Positions 44,399 to 54,408 of a stretch of 64,000 nucleotides of DNA are shown one piece after another. Each line of letters begins with the position of its first letter. Within the stretch, counting starts at the first letter, position 1. Under the pieces are notes generated by a model. It searched no databases. It was not told the DNA's origin and was given only the letters and a program-made list of their open reading frames with translations. A program made the position numbers and the translations under genes. Source of the DNA: Thermodesulfovibrionales bacterium (GTDB lineage Bacteria > Nitrospirota > Thermodesulfovibrionia > Thermodesulfovibrionales > UBA9159); contig DASRZP010000050.1 in NCBI GenBank assembly GCA_035686305.1, positions 3,338 to 67,337 on the forward strand, written 5' to 3'.

Positions 44399-45297
44399 TA
44401 TTTTATTTGGTACGTCAGCGTCGTTCTTGCGCCGTTTCTCATAATGTCGAGCTGGATCCTGTCCATCCCTCTCAGGGCGGTAAATGCCTGTAACGCGCTC
44501 TCAGGGTTCGAAATATTATAATCATTAATACGCAAAAGAATATCGCCGTTCTGTATCCCGAGACTCTGGTAAATGCCTCCGTCCCTCACTTCCCTCAGCA
44601 CGAAGCCTTCCTGCTTGCCGTCCTTGATGTTTGGCTGAAGCCGTGCGTCCGTCATGAGCTGGTTCGGGTTCTCTATGGCCTGCTGGACCCTTCTCTGGTC
44701 AACAACATAACTTCCTCCACCGAGGCTCCGCACAAAATCCGACGGCCTCGCGCCGGCCGAGGCAGGAGCGACGTCCGTGATTTTCAGGATATCGGCTATC
44801 GGCATATCGAGGAGCCGACCGGCTCCCTTCACCGAGACCCTGTCCTTCTCTACGCGCTCGAGTCTCCCCACACCGGGTATCGTGTCTCCGACCCTGTATA
44901 CCTCCTGCATCCCGGTGCGATCTGAAAAAATGGCGAAGCTGTTTCTCGGCTGGCCTGAAATCGTCCCTATGAGGGTCATCTCTGTCTGGGAGGCGCCTGC
45001 TTTTTCCTGGGAGGCCGAAAGGGGTATGAGGGATGCGGCAGGAAGACCGAAGGGATTATTCCTCAGGATGTTCTCATAATCCTTGAGATTGTTCCTCCTG
45101 AAACTTGTTGCAGTCGAAGGAGGGGAGGTCTTTTCGATCCTCTTGTATCTGATCGTCATGGCGTCCCGGACAAGGATCAGAAGGAAAAAGAGCACCAAGA
45201 GTCCTAAGAACAGATTGCCTATAGTCAGCAGCGTGGAATATCTCGGTCTGATATCAAAATTGCCCATAACAGATGGTTCTGAATACTCATTATACAA
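44398..45297 (-). CDS. gspC: type II secretion protein GspC (PDZ domain)
   Basis: N-terminal TM and a C-terminal PDZ (GFVLREVRDGGIYQSLGIQNGDILLRIND). ATG at 45267 is an alternative start. Confidence 0.75.
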   Translation of the reverse strand: MYNEYSEPSVMGNFDIRPRYSTLLTIGNLFLGLLVLFFLLILVRDAMTIRYKRIEKTSPPSTATSFRRNNLKDYENILRNNPFGLPAASLIPLSASQEKAGASQTEMTLIGTISGQPRNSFAIFSDRTGMQEVYRVGDTIPGVGRLERVEKDRVSVKGAGRLLDMPIADILKITDVAPASAGARPSDFVRSLGGGSYVVDQRRVQQAIENPNQLMTDARLQPNIKDGKQEGFVLREVRDGGIYQSLGIQNGDILLRINDYNISNPESALQAFTALRGMDRIQLDIMRNGARTTLTYQIK

Positions 45298-45418
45298 AAA
45301 TGGCGGGGAATTTAGAAACCGCCCTGCAGCCGGAATGTCGTGTCATATAATCATACATACATAGTCCGAATCTCCGTCGTTTCTGGATTCAGCGGGGATC
45401 TTGTGGTAGAATTCCGGT

Positions 45419-46363
45419 ATGAAGCAGTACCGGCCGATCTCCCTGAAAAAGGTGAAGACCTATCCGCTCTGTTCGAGAAAGAGCAAGGTCGATAGTGAAG
45501 ATGCGGCTTATCCCTACGCAAGGGGCTCTTCCTTCAAGACCTTTCTCGGCAGTCTTCCCTCCGTCCTTGCCGCCGGTGACTTCAGAGACGTTGTCGGTTC
45601 CATCGTCCAGGCAAGAAAGGAGGAGAGGCCGGTCATCCTCGGCATGGGTGCCCATCCCATAAAGGTCGGATTATCACCGGTTATTATCGACCTGATCAAG
45701 AGAGGGATCATAACCGCCATCGCTACAAACGGCGCATGCATCGTCCATGATTTCGAGATCTCCCTTACCGGCATGACATCTGAGGATGTTGCCGGTGAAC
45801 TCTGCACCGGCAGGTTTGGTATGGCACGGGAGACAGGAAGTGCGATAAACAGGGCGATTCAGGCCGGTGTGAGAAAAGGCGATGGTATCGGCCGGTCTCT
45901 TGGCGAGTATATCTTCAGGAGTAAGAATAGGTTCAAGAAAAAGAGCGTCTTTTCGGAAGGGTTCAGATTTGGAATCCCCGCTACGGTGCATGTGGCCCTC
46001 GGCACGGACATCGTCCACATGCATCCACAGGCTGATGGTGCCATGATCGGCGAGGGGAGTCTGAGGGATTTCAGACTGCTGGCGTCTGTTGTTTCAGACC
46101 TCGAAGGAGGAGTGTATATCAACCTCGGCTCGGCTGTCATCCTGCCCGAAGTCTTTTTGAAGGCCCTTACCGTGGCGAGGAACCTCGGCCACAAGGTCGA
46201 GAGGATCACAACGGTGAATATGGATTTTCTCCAGCATTATCGGCCGAGAGAAAACGTTTTGAGGAGACCGACGATGATGAAGGGGAGGTCCTATGCCCTG
46301 ACCGGTCATCACGAGATCATGTTCCCCCTCTTGGCGGCGGGGATCATCGAGGAGATGGGATGA
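45419..46363 (+). CDS. deoxyhypusine-synthase-like (DHS-fold) family protein, function uncertain
   Basis: 314 aa. The pattern VILGMGAHPIKVGL..IIDLIKRGIITAIATNGACIVHDFE resembles the bacterial DHS-like family as I recall it. This assignment rests on recollection only. Confidence 0.4.
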   Translation: MKQYRPISLKKVKTYPLCSRKSKVDSEDAAYPYARGSSFKTFLGSLPSVLAAGDFRDVVGSIVQARKEERPVILGMGAHPIKVGLSPVIIDLIKRGIITAIATNGACIVHDFEISLTGMTSEDVAGELCTGRFGMARETGSAINRAIQAGVRKGDGIGRSLGEYIFRSKNRFKKKSVFSEGFRFGIPATVHVALGTDIVHMHPQADGAMIGEGSLRDFRLLASVVSDLEGGVYINLGSAVILPEVFLKALTVARNLGHKVERITTVNMDFLQHYRPRENVLRRPTMMKGRSYALTGHHEIMFPLLAAGIIEEMG

Positions 46364-46551
46364 AGCTGAATATCGATATCGATCTCTGTATCGGCTGCGG
46401 CACCTGTCAGGAGATATGCCCTGCTGTCTTTCATCTGAATGAGGTGATCGGCAAGGCAGAGGTCATGGATGCAGATGCCTGCGAGTATGCCGGCTGCTGC
46501 GAGGCGGCAGAAGAGAATTGCCCGGTCAGCGCCATCAGTCTTAAAGAATAG
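46360..46551 (+). CDS. small single-cluster ferredoxin
   Basis: 63 aa. CIGCGTCQEICP plus a distal ..NCP. ATGA overlap with the upstream gene. Confidence 0.8.
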   Translation: MKLNIDIDLCIGCGTCQEICPAVFHLNEVIGKAEVMDADACEYAGCCEAAEENCPVSAISLKE

Positions 46552-46691
46552 GGTCTTCCTGTCCCCGGAGCGCCTGAGGCACGGGAACTCGAACATCGCT
46601 TACAGGGCACAGGACTGTCTTTGAGGTGAGAGTTTTTGAGGAGCCTGTCGTCCTGCAGGAGCGGAGAACAATTGAAAGGGGGCGAAGAGAC

Positions 46692-48635
46692 ATGCCAAAG
46701 AACCTGACCCATAAGATCCTGGAATCCCACCTTGCTGAAGGTCAGCTCATCCCCGGCGCCGAGATCGCTATCAGGATCGATCACACCCTTCTTCAAGACG
46801 CAACGGGCACGATGGCGATGCTTGAATTCGAGTCGCTCGGGATCAGCAAGGTGAAGGCTGAACGTGCGGTGCAGTATGTTGATCATAACCTCCTCCAGAC
46901 AGACAACAAGAATGCCGATGACCACAGGTACCTCCAGACTGCCTCTGCCCGCTACGGGATCATCTTCAGCCGACCCGGCAACGGCGTTTCCCATCAGGTG
47001 CATATGGAACGTTTCGGGGTCCCCGGCAAGACGCTGTTAGGGGCTGACAGCCATACGCCCGGTGCTGCAGGTGTCTCGATGCTCGGCATCGGCGCAGGAG
47101 GCCTCGATGTTGCCCTGGCCATGGCGGGATATGCCTATCATCTCCCCTGTCCGAGGGTCCTCGGCGTGAAACTCACCGGAGAACTGCCTGATTGGGTCAG
47201 CGCCAAGGACGTCATTCTTGAGATGCTGAGGCGCCGCGGTGTTAAAGGGTGCGCGGGTAAGATTGTAGAGTATTACGGACCCGGAGTGAAGGGTCTTTCC
47301 GCAACAGACAGGGAGACCATCGGCAATATGGGAACGGAGATGGGGGCCACGAGTTCGATCTTCCCTTCAGATGAGAACACGAAGAGATACCTTGAGGCCC
47401 AGGGCCGGGGCGAGTCATGGGTCGAACTTGCTCCCGACGAAGGAGCCCTTTATGACGAATATGATGAGATCGGCCTGGCAAGCATCGAGCCTCTCATCGC
47501 CTGTCCTTCTTCTCCGGGAAATGTTGTTCCGGTACGTGAAGTTGCCGGTATCAGGGCCGATCAGGTTATTGTCGGCAGCAGCGTAAACTCTTCTTTCAGG
47601 GACCTTATGGTCGTTGCCAGGATTATGGAGGGCCGCCACAGTCATCCCGACACAGCACTTAACATCAATCCCGGCAGCAGGCAGGTGATGGAGAATATCG
47701 CCCATGAGAGCGGGATGCTCTCCCTTCTCTTTGCCGGCGCACGCATTCATGAATCGGGCTGTCTCGGCTGCATAGGCATGGGACAGGCTCCGGGCACAGG
47801 ACAGGTGAGCCTTCGTACCTTTCCCCGCAATTTTCCCGGCCGGTCCGGCACAAGGGATGACAGGGTCTATCTCTGCTCCCCTGAAACTGCAGCTGCCTCG
47901 GCACTGAAGGGCGTTATCACCGACCCGAGGGAACTCGGGGGAGAGATGTCCTATCCCAGCATCAAGGACCCAGAAGAGTATATCGTCGACGAATCCTCGA
48001 TCATCTTTCCTTCAGAGGAATTAAGCAAAGCGGAGATTGTCCGTGGTCCGAATATCAAGCCCCTTCCGACGCTTGAGCCTCTGCCGGAAACGCTCGAAGC
48101 CGAGGTGGTGCTCAAGGTAGGTGACAATATTTCGACGGATACGATTATGCCCGCAGGCAACAAGATCCTGCCTTTGCGCTCGAATATCGAGGCGATCAGC
48201 GAGTATATCTACTCCCAGATTGCGCCGGATTTTGCCAAGGAATGCAGGGAGAAGGGCACCGTCGTTGTTATCGGCGGTGAGAACTACGGGCAGGGATCGA
48301 GCAGGGAGCACGCTGCCATCGGGCCCCGCTTTCTCGGCGTTCGGGCCAAGATCGTCAAGAGCTTCGCCCGGATCCACAAGGCGAACCTCTGTAACTTCGG
48401 CATCCTTCCCCTGACCTTCAAGGACCCTTCCGACTATGATCGTGTTGATAAAGGTTCAACGGTCATCTTCAGGAATCTGAGAAGGCGCCTCGAGCAGGGT
48501 GACAGGGAGATCCCTGCCGAGATGGGAGAAACGTCAGTCGTTACCATCCTCGATGTCTCTGACCGTCAGCGGGAACATCTCCTTGCTGGCGGGACATTGA
48601 ACTTTGTGAGACAGACCATAGGCAAAGGGCTGTAG
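46692..48635 (+). CDS. aconitate hydratase (compact ~650-aa type)
   Basis: MPKNLTHKILESHL...IDHTLLQDATG, SHTP, the cluster-ligand region CLGCIGMG, and a swivel domain GENYGQGSSREHAA. Start trimmed to ATG 46692, which follows GAAAGGGGG. Confidence 0.85.
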   Translation: MPKNLTHKILESHLAEGQLIPGAEIAIRIDHTLLQDATGTMAMLEFESLGISKVKAERAVQYVDHNLLQTDNKNADDHRYLQTASARYGIIFSRPGNGVSHQVHMERFGVPGKTLLGADSHTPGAAGVSMLGIGAGGLDVALAMAGYAYHLPCPRVLGVKLTGELPDWVSAKDVILEMLRRRGVKGCAGKIVEYYGPGVKGLSATDRETIGNMGTEMGATSSIFPSDENTKRYLEAQGRGESWVELAPDEGALYDEYDEIGLASIEPLIACPSSPGNVVPVREVAGIRADQVIVGSSVNSSFRDLMVVARIMEGRHSHPDTALNINPGSRQVMENIAHESGMLSLLFAGARIHESGCLGCIGMGQAPGTGQVSLRTFPRNFPGRSGTRDDRVYLCSPETAAASALKGVITDPRELGGEMSYPSIKDPEEYIVDESSIIFPSEELSKAEIVRGPNIKPLPTLEPLPETLEAEVVLKVGDNISTDTIMPAGNKILPLRSNIEAISEYIYSQIAPDFAKECREKGTVVVIGGENYGQGSSREHAAIGPRFLGVRAKIVKSFARIHKANLCNFGILPLTFKDPSDYDRVDKGSTVIFRNLRRRLEQGDREIPAEMGETSVVTILDVSDRQREHLLAGGTLNFVRQTIGKGL

Positions 48636-48695
48636 GCGATGGGCGAAAAGAGTGAAGGGTTTTTTTAAAAGAACACGAACGCTGCAAACCATGGT

Positions 48696-48870
48696 AAGAC
48701 AGGCATGGATCGAAGCACCGTGCATGCGATGGGATTCCGGCAATGGGGGAGCTGAGGACTTCACCGAAATTGACTTCCCGCATTAAGCACCCGGCGGCAT
48801 GCGGCAACCAGTAAAGGTATCGCAATACATGACTTCTCGCCACCCCTGTCTACCCGAACAAGATAGTTTA
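48696..48870 (+). repeat. intergenic repeat / candidate structured RNA, copy B
   Basis: The 169-nt core 48701..48869 aligns to 2331..2499. It sits in the aconitase-citrate synthase spacer. Confidence 0.7.
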
Positions 48871-48917
48871 ATGAGCATGGTAGGTAAATCACGATGAAAG
48901 GTTCTGGGTGAAAAACG

Positions 48918-50096
48918 ATGAGTGAAGTTAACGTAAAGAACATTGGGCTTCGCGGAGTGATCGTGGCGGATACGAAGATCAGCTTTATTGACGGAGAACA
49001 GGGCGTCCTCATTTACCGTGGATATAGAATTGAAGAACTTGCCGAGAACTCTTCATTCATAGAAACCGCGTATCTCCTGCTCTATGGGGTATTACCGACG
49101 TCGACGGAACTCGAAGCCTTCGAAAGAAGAGTGCTGGAGGCGAGGCGTTTGCCGGATTTTATTCTCGAGAGCATGAAAAGGTGGCCCCGCGAGGCTCAGG
49201 CGATGGATATGCTCCAGGCATCGGTGCCCCTTCTCGCAATTGATGACCCCGATCTCTCCGCCGAGACGAGAGACGCCAATGTCAGCAAAGCCATCCGTCT
49301 TATCGCACGTCTGCCTGTCGTGATCGCCGCCTGGCACAGAATACGGCAGGGTCTGAAGCCGCTTCCGCTGAATGATAGCCTGTCCCATGCCGCCCATTTT
49401 TTGTGGCTGCTGAGCGGGAGGGAACCCGATGGGGAGCTGGCCCGAGATCTTGACACGTGCCTTATCCTTCATGCCGATCACACCTTCAACGCCTCGACCT
49501 TTGCATGCCGCGAGGTCGTGTCGACAATGGCCCATATGTACGCGGGTGTTTCAGCAGGAGTGGGCGCTCTTTCCGGAAGTCTTCACGGCGGCGCAAATGC
49601 GCGGGTAATGAAGATGCTCACCGAGCTTCAGTCTGAAAAGGATATTGCAGGGTGGGTGAAGAGACAACTCGATGAGGGCAAGAAGATTATGGGGATGGGC
49701 CATGCCGTCTACAAGACGACGGATCCCCGCGCCAGGTTCCTGAAGGATATGTCTTCCCGCCTGGGGAAGAAACTCGGCCAGGAACGCTGGTATGAACTTT
49801 CGACCCAGATAGAGGAAGCGGCTCTCAGCGAATTTGAAAAGAGAGGAAAGAGTACGATAAAACCGAACGTGGATTTCTACAGCGCGTCGGTCTACCACCT
49901 CATGGGAATTCCCGGCGATCTCATGACCCCTGTCTTTGCCATGTCGAGAATAGCGGGATGGTGCGCTCATATCATCGAAGAGAAGTTTTCCGAGGCCCAG
50001 GAAAAACCGGCCCTCTACAGGCCCGAGACCGAATATGTCGGTAATTACTGCGGCCTTATGGGCTGCTCCTATCAGCCGCTTCAGGAAAGAGGTTGA
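48918..50096 (+). CDS. gltA: citrate synthase
   Basis: 392 aa. LILHADHTFNAST, GSLHGGAN and MGMGHAVYKTTDPR catalytic-site motifs. Confidence 0.9.
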   Translation: MSEVNVKNIGLRGVIVADTKISFIDGEQGVLIYRGYRIEELAENSSFIETAYLLLYGVLPTSTELEAFERRVLEARRLPDFILESMKRWPREAQAMDMLQASVPLLAIDDPDLSAETRDANVSKAIRLIARLPVVIAAWHRIRQGLKPLPLNDSLSHAAHFLWLLSGREPDGELARDLDTCLILHADHTFNASTFACREVVSTMAHMYAGVSAGVGALSGSLHGGANARVMKMLTELQSEKDIAGWVKRQLDEGKKIMGMGHAVYKTTDPRARFLKDMSSRLGKKLGQERWYELSTQIEEAALSEFEKRGKSTIKPNVDFYSASVYHLMGIPGDLMTPVFAMSRIAGWCAHIIEEKFSEAQEKPALYRPETEYVGNYCGLMGCSYQPLQERG

Positions 50097-50104
50097 TTTA
50101 GGGG

Positions 50105-50764
50105 TTGGTGACTCAGAAAAACATCGGCCAGGTCATGTCCCTCTTGAAAAAAGCGGTGAAAGCCGTTCATGTTCCATGGCTCGATTCCCTTGCCTCGGGA
50201 GAGAGGGACCCCTTTAAAATCCTTGTGTCCTGCATCCTGAGCCTGAGGACCCAGGACAAGACGACAGAAGAAGCTTCTGCGAGGCTTTTTGATCTGGCAT
50301 CATCACCTCCTGAAATGGCTGCACTCTCCCAAGGGAAGATAGAGAAGGCGATCTATCCCGTGGGCTTTTACAGGATCAAGGCAAGAACGATCAAGACCCT
50401 GAGCGAGACGGTCGCGGGAAGGTATGAGGGCAAGGTTCCTGACAGCCTTGATGAACTCCTGAAACTCAAGGGCATAGGCAGGAAAACGGCGAACCTGGTA
50501 ATCACGCTCGGTTTCGGAAAGTTCGGGATCTGCGTTGATACCCATGTCCACAGAATCGTCAACCGATGGGGCTACGTCAGAACCAGGACACCCGAGGAGA
50601 CGGAGTTCGCCTTACGAGAGAGGCTCCCCAGACGATACTGGAGAGAGCTGAACGGCCTCCTTGTAGCCTTTGGACAGAATATATGCAAGCCCCTGTCGCC
50701 CTTCTGCAGTGCGTGTAGTCTGAAGAGTTTTTGCGGAAAGGTTCATGTTACCAGGCGCCGTTAA
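50105..50764 (+). CDS. nth: endonuclease III family DNA glycosylase
   Basis: HhH motif LLKLKGIGRKTANLV and a C-terminal 4Fe-4S Cys cluster CKPLSPFCSACSLKSFC. Confidence 0.8.
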   Translation: MVTQKNIGQVMSLLKKAVKAVHVPWLDSLASGERDPFKILVSCILSLRTQDKTTEEASARLFDLASSPPEMAALSQGKIEKAIYPVGFYRIKARTIKTLSETVAGRYEGKVPDSLDELLKLKGIGRKTANLVITLGFGKFGICVDTHVHRIVNRWGYVRTRTPEETEFALRERLPRRYWRELNGLLVAFGQNICKPLSPFCSACSLKSFCGKVHVTRRR

Positions 50765-50852
50765 CCATCCTGTCCTGACCATGGATACCCCTTCTCTATC
50801 CGGCCCGCATTCTTAAGAATTCCTTCCCGCGACCCAGGGTATCATCTGCACC

Positions 50853-50880
50853 TGTAACCACGTGATCCTTCCCGTCGTCT
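50853..50880 (+). promoter_or_regulatory. ECF-type promoter candidate (autoregulatory)
   Basis: TGTAACC (AAC at 50856-50858), 17-nt spacer, CGTCT (50876-50880). This resembles the GGAAC-N16/17-CGTC class of ECF promoters. Confidence 0.35.
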
Positions 50881-50964
50881 ATGTTTCAAAGACCGGGTTG
50901 GAGGCATGAAGAAGATCTTCTGACCCATGACAAGTCACCGTACAAAAGGGTAGAATGGAGTGAG

Positions 50965-51540
50965 ATGAATGGGGCCGAAGAGGTGCCAACAGATGAAGGC
51001 CTTGTCAAAGCCGCCCTTTCCGGCGACGACGAGGCCTTCGCAGAACTGGTCAGGAGACATAAGAGAAGGGTCTTCACCACGGTTTCGCGTTTTGTGAGGA
51101 ATCATGATGAACTCGACGATGTCTGCCAGGAGATATTCATGAAGGCTTACATGAGCCTGAAGAAATATCGGGGCGATGCTCCCTTTGAGCACTGGTTGTC
51201 GAAGATTACGATCAATGCCTGTTATGATCTGCTGAGAAAGCGGAGTCGCGAGCGAGACACCATGCCCTTGGATGCGGTAGCACCGTTTCTCAGAGATCCC
51301 GCGTCCGGAGACAAGGCCTCCGGAAGGGAAGCGTGGGAAATCCTCAAGCAGGGGCTGGCGAGATTGCGTGCCGAGGACCGGCTGGTGATTACACTGCTCC
51401 ATCTTGATGAAAAGTCCGTTCGTGAAGTAGCGGAGTCGACCGGTTGGAGTGAGGCAAAGGTGAAAGTCCGGGCCTTTAGGGCACGGAGGGAACTCAAGAG
51501 AATTTTGGAGGATGCCAATGGAAACCGACCCCAACGATGA
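50965..51540 (+). CDS. ECF (group 4) RNA polymerase sigma-70 factor
   Basis: Region 2 (RHKRRVFTTVSRFVRNHDELDDVCQEIFMKAY..) and region 4 HTH. Start trimmed to ATG 50965, which follows GGAG. Confidence 0.85.
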   Translation: MNGAEEVPTDEGLVKAALSGDDEAFAELVRRHKRRVFTTVSRFVRNHDELDDVCQEIFMKAYMSLKKYRGDAPFEHWLSKITINACYDLLRKRSRERDTMPLDAVAPFLRDPASGDKASGREAWEILKQGLARLRAEDRLVITLLHLDEKSVREVAESTGWSEAKVKVRAFRARRELKRILEDANGNRPQR

Positions 51541-51826
51541 ATGGATCGAGAGGCTCTTTGATGCCGCCCGCAAGGCTGAGCCCTATAATTCCGAGGGAGA
51601 GATTGGGTTTGAGACCCGTCTCATGGCAAAGATCCGTACCCAACGCAGTGGAGAGATTCCTTTTCTCTTATGGGCGTGGAGACTCATTCCTGTTTTTGCC
51701 TCTCTTGTCCTCTTCCTGGGTATCTGGAGCTACGCGTCCGAAACACACGACCTGGCTGACCTGAATGCACTGGCGAAGATTGGCAATGAAGAGACGGTGC
51801 TCACGGCTTTCCTGACAGGTGAGTGA
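51512..51826 (+). CDS. putative single-pass anti-sigma factor
   Basis: 104 aa with one TM segment. Overlaps the 3' end of the sigma gene. Assigned from position only. Confidence 0.5.
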   Translation: MPMETDPNDEWIERLFDAARKAEPYNSEGEIGFETRLMAKIRTQRSGEIPFLLWAWRLIPVFASLVLFLGIWSYASETHDLADLNALAKIGNEETVLTAFLTGE

Positions 51827-52226
51827 GATGAAAAGGTGGCAGACGATCGCCAGCATCATTATCGTATTCCTCCTCGGTGCGCTCACGGGCAGCCTCGTGA
51901 CGGGTACCATCTACCGGCACAGGGTGGAAGGCGTTTTGAGAGGTGAACCGGGGAGGACGGAGGAATTCATCGTCCAGCGACTGAACAGCGATCTTCACCT
52001 TGATAAGACCCAGTTGGAGCAGTTGCGGGGTATTGTTAAGGAAACCCACGGAGAACTGAAGAAATTACGAAGAACGTTGAGACCCCAGACTGAGGAGATC
52101 CTGGCGCGCTCCCAGGAGAGGGTCAGGGCAATATTGCGACCTGATCAGCGCGAGCACTATGAAAAGATCCTCGCAGAGCGTAAGAAGAGATGGGAGAGCC
52201 GGGAGAACAGGGAGAATGGCAGGTAA
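51819..52226 (+). CDS. periplasmic Spy/CpxP-family (LTxxQ-type) protein
   Basis: N-terminal anchor/signal. LDKTQLEQL and LRPDQREHY motifs resemble LTxxQ repeats. Highly charged helical protein. Confidence 0.55.
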   Translation: MSEMKRWQTIASIIIVFLLGALTGSLVTGTIYRHRVEGVLRGEPGRTEEFIVQRLNSDLHLDKTQLEQLRGIVKETHGELKKLRRTLRPQTEEILARSQERVRAILRPDQREHYEKILAERKKRWESRENRENGR

Positions 52227-52281
52227 TTTTAATTTCCGTTGAACGGTAAGGAAGGTCGTAAGAGCCATTTGAGCCATTTCG

Positions 52282-52310
52282 TTGACAAATAGTGCCTTTT
52301 GTGATATCAA
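52282..52310 (+). promoter_or_regulatory. strong sigma70-type promoter candidate for the lipoprotein/RND operon
   Basis: TTGACA (52282-52287), 17-nt spacer, TGaTATCAA (extended -10, 52305-52310). Preceded by a tandem GAGCCATTT x2. Confidence 0.5.
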
Positions 52311-52398
52311 ATATGGGTACTTCAGACTTCTTTCCGGGCACGTAAGGCCCCTTACTACGTCCTTTGAAGAGAGGCAGATAAAACGACAGGAGGCGCTC

Positions 52399-53091
52399 AT
52401 GGTAATGTTGTCTACAAATATACGACGAAAGGCCTGGTTGCTCTTTCTTAGCTTCCCCCTGGTCCTCATAGGCTGCGGCAGGCAGAACGATGAAAATCTA
52501 TACAACGTTCAGGGCACCTGGAATTTTTATCACACAACCAAGGGCATGACAGGCCTGCAGGGACCTGAACCCGCTCTCTTTTCTTTCTCACAGTCAAAAG
52601 AGGATATTACGGGAACGGCGCCTGACGGCAGCTCGCTTTCAGGCTCTACGAGCGATGTGAACATCTCTTTCTCCTTGACCGAAAAAGACGGAACCGTCTT
52701 CAACTACACAGGGACCATACTTGTTATTGCGACGATGTCGGGAACCTGGACAAGCAGCAATGGTTACTCCGGGACATGGCAGGCGATAGTAAACACTCCT
52801 GCTTTAGTCAATGTTGCAGGCAACTGGAACATTACGACGAGCGGTATTCCAGGTACGTCTCTTTTTGAGCTCAAGCAAAACACTGGCAGCAGCAGCCTCG
52901 ATCAATCAATCTTTGCGGGAACCGTGGGCACCGGCCTTGTCAGCTCAGGAACGGTCCTCTTTACGTGGGTAGGGGATGACGGAACCACATATTTCTATAC
53001 TGGTACAGAGAGCGGTGGAAATGCGATGTCCGGCACGTGGCTAACGGACAAAGGACAAACAGGGACATGGAGCGGCACAAAGATCATCTGA
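52399..53091 (+). CDS. lipoprotein of unknown function with repeated GTW motifs
   Basis: Lipobox LVLIGC. AGGAGG lies before ATG 52399. Repeated (S/Q)GTW(N/T/Q) segments. Confidence 0.65.
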   Translation: MVMLSTNIRRKAWLLFLSFPLVLIGCGRQNDENLYNVQGTWNFYHTTKGMTGLQGPEPALFSFSQSKEDITGTAPDGSSLSGSTSDVNISFSLTEKDGTVFNYTGTILVIATMSGTWTSSNGYSGTWQAIVNTPALVNVAGNWNITTSGIPGTSLFELKQNTGSSSLDQSIFAGTVGTGLVSSGTVLFTWVGDDGTTYFYTGTESGGNAMSGTWLTDKGQTGTWSGTKII

Positions 53092-53142
53092 GGGCAGCTG
53101 CGTGAAGGCCTCTGTCGACCCTGTCAGGGTGATACCCTGAAT

Positions 53143-54408
53143 ATGACGCCGACTGAAAGACCAGGGGTAGATGATATCGGCGGACATTCCGGCCCTTGTC
53201 CGTCACGCAAACGTTGGCGGGTTGTGGTTCTCGCGACTGGTATTCTCATGGTCGGGGCCTATCTCCTTTTCCCCAGGACGGACAAGACCCAACCCTCTCC
53301 TTCAAAACAGGGACTGGGTGCGCCACGAAGTATTCCTGTTGTAGCCATGGCGGCGCGGAAAGGCGATATCAATGTATATCTCAGCGGACTCGGTTCGGTA
53401 ACTCCCCTGAATACGGTCACGGTGAAGAGCCGAGTTGACGGGCAGCTGATGAAGGTCCTCTTCCGGGAAGGCCAGATCGTGAGCGCCGGCGACCTGCTTG
53501 CGGAGATCGACCCAAGGCCCTTTGAAGTCCAGTTGACTCAAGCCGAAGGGCAGATGGTCCGCGACGAGGCCTTGCTGAAGAACGCCAGACTCGATCTCGA
53601 GCGGTATAAGACGCTTGTTGCAGAGGACTCGATCCCGAAGCAGCAGCTTGATACGCAGGAATCCCTGGTACGGCAGTACGAAGGCGCGATAAAGGTCGAC
53701 CAGGGCCAGATCGACAACGCAAAGCTCCAACTGGTCTATAGCCGCATCATTGCGCCGATCAGCGGAAGGGTCGGGCTGCGGCTTGTCGATCCCGGCAATA
53801 TCATTCATGCGACCGATCCGAACGGGATGGTCGTGATCACACAGCTTCAGCCTATCTCAGTAGTCTTTTCGATCCCCGAGGACAGCCTTCCCCAGGTGCT
53901 CTCCAAACTCAAGGGCAGCGCTCCTATGGCTGTCGAGGCGTTTGACCGCGAGCAGAAGCAGAAGCTTGCGACAGGACATCTTGTAACCGTGGACAACCAG
54001 ATCGATCCGAACACCGGGACGGTAAAGCTCAAGGCGGAATTTCCGAACAAGGGAAATGAGCTCTTTCCGAGCCAGTTTGTGAACGCCCGTCTCCTCATAG
54101 AAGTCAGGCGCGAGGCGGTGGTGGTGCCGGCATCGGCAATTCAGCGGGGACCGCAGGGTGCTTTCATCTATGTGGTGAAGCTGGACAACACCGTCGCTGT
54201 CCGTCCTGTCACCGTTGGTGAGACCCAGGCGGGCGAGGCAGCGATCACCGCGGGGCTGTCGGCAGGCGAGATCGTGGTGGTGGATGGAGCTGAGAGGCTT
54301 CGGGACGGCAGCAAGGTTGAGGTGAAAGGCCGCAGCGACCAGAACAAAAAGGACGGCGGACAAGGCTCCAACGAAAAGCCCGGCGGCAGTCCTCAAAAGC
54401 GCAGCTGA
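53143..54408 (+). CDS. mdtA: MdtA/MuxA-type RND efflux periplasmic adaptor
   Basis: [46 protein letters not shown] closely follows the MdtA family. Confidence 0.85.
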   Translation: MTPTERPGVDDIGGHSGPCPSRKRWRVVVLATGILMVGAYLLFPRTDKTQPSPSKQGLGAPRSIPVVAMAARKGDINVYLSGLGSVTPLNTVTVKSRVDGQLMKVLFREGQIVSAGDLLAEIDPRPFEVQLTQAEGQMVRDEALLKNARLDLERYKTLVAEDSIPKQQLDTQESLVRQYEGAIKVDQGQIDNAKLQLVYSRIIAPISGRVGLRLVDPGNIIHATDPNGMVVITQLQPISVVFSIPEDSLPQVLSKLKGSAPMAVEAFDREQKQKLATGHLVTVDNQIDPNTGTVKLKAEFPNKGNELFPSQFVNARLLIEVRREAVVVPASAIQRGPQGAFIYVVKLDNTVAVRPVTVGETQAGEAAITAGLSAGEIVVVDGAERLRDGSKVEVKGRSDQNKKDGGQGSNEKPGGSPQKRS

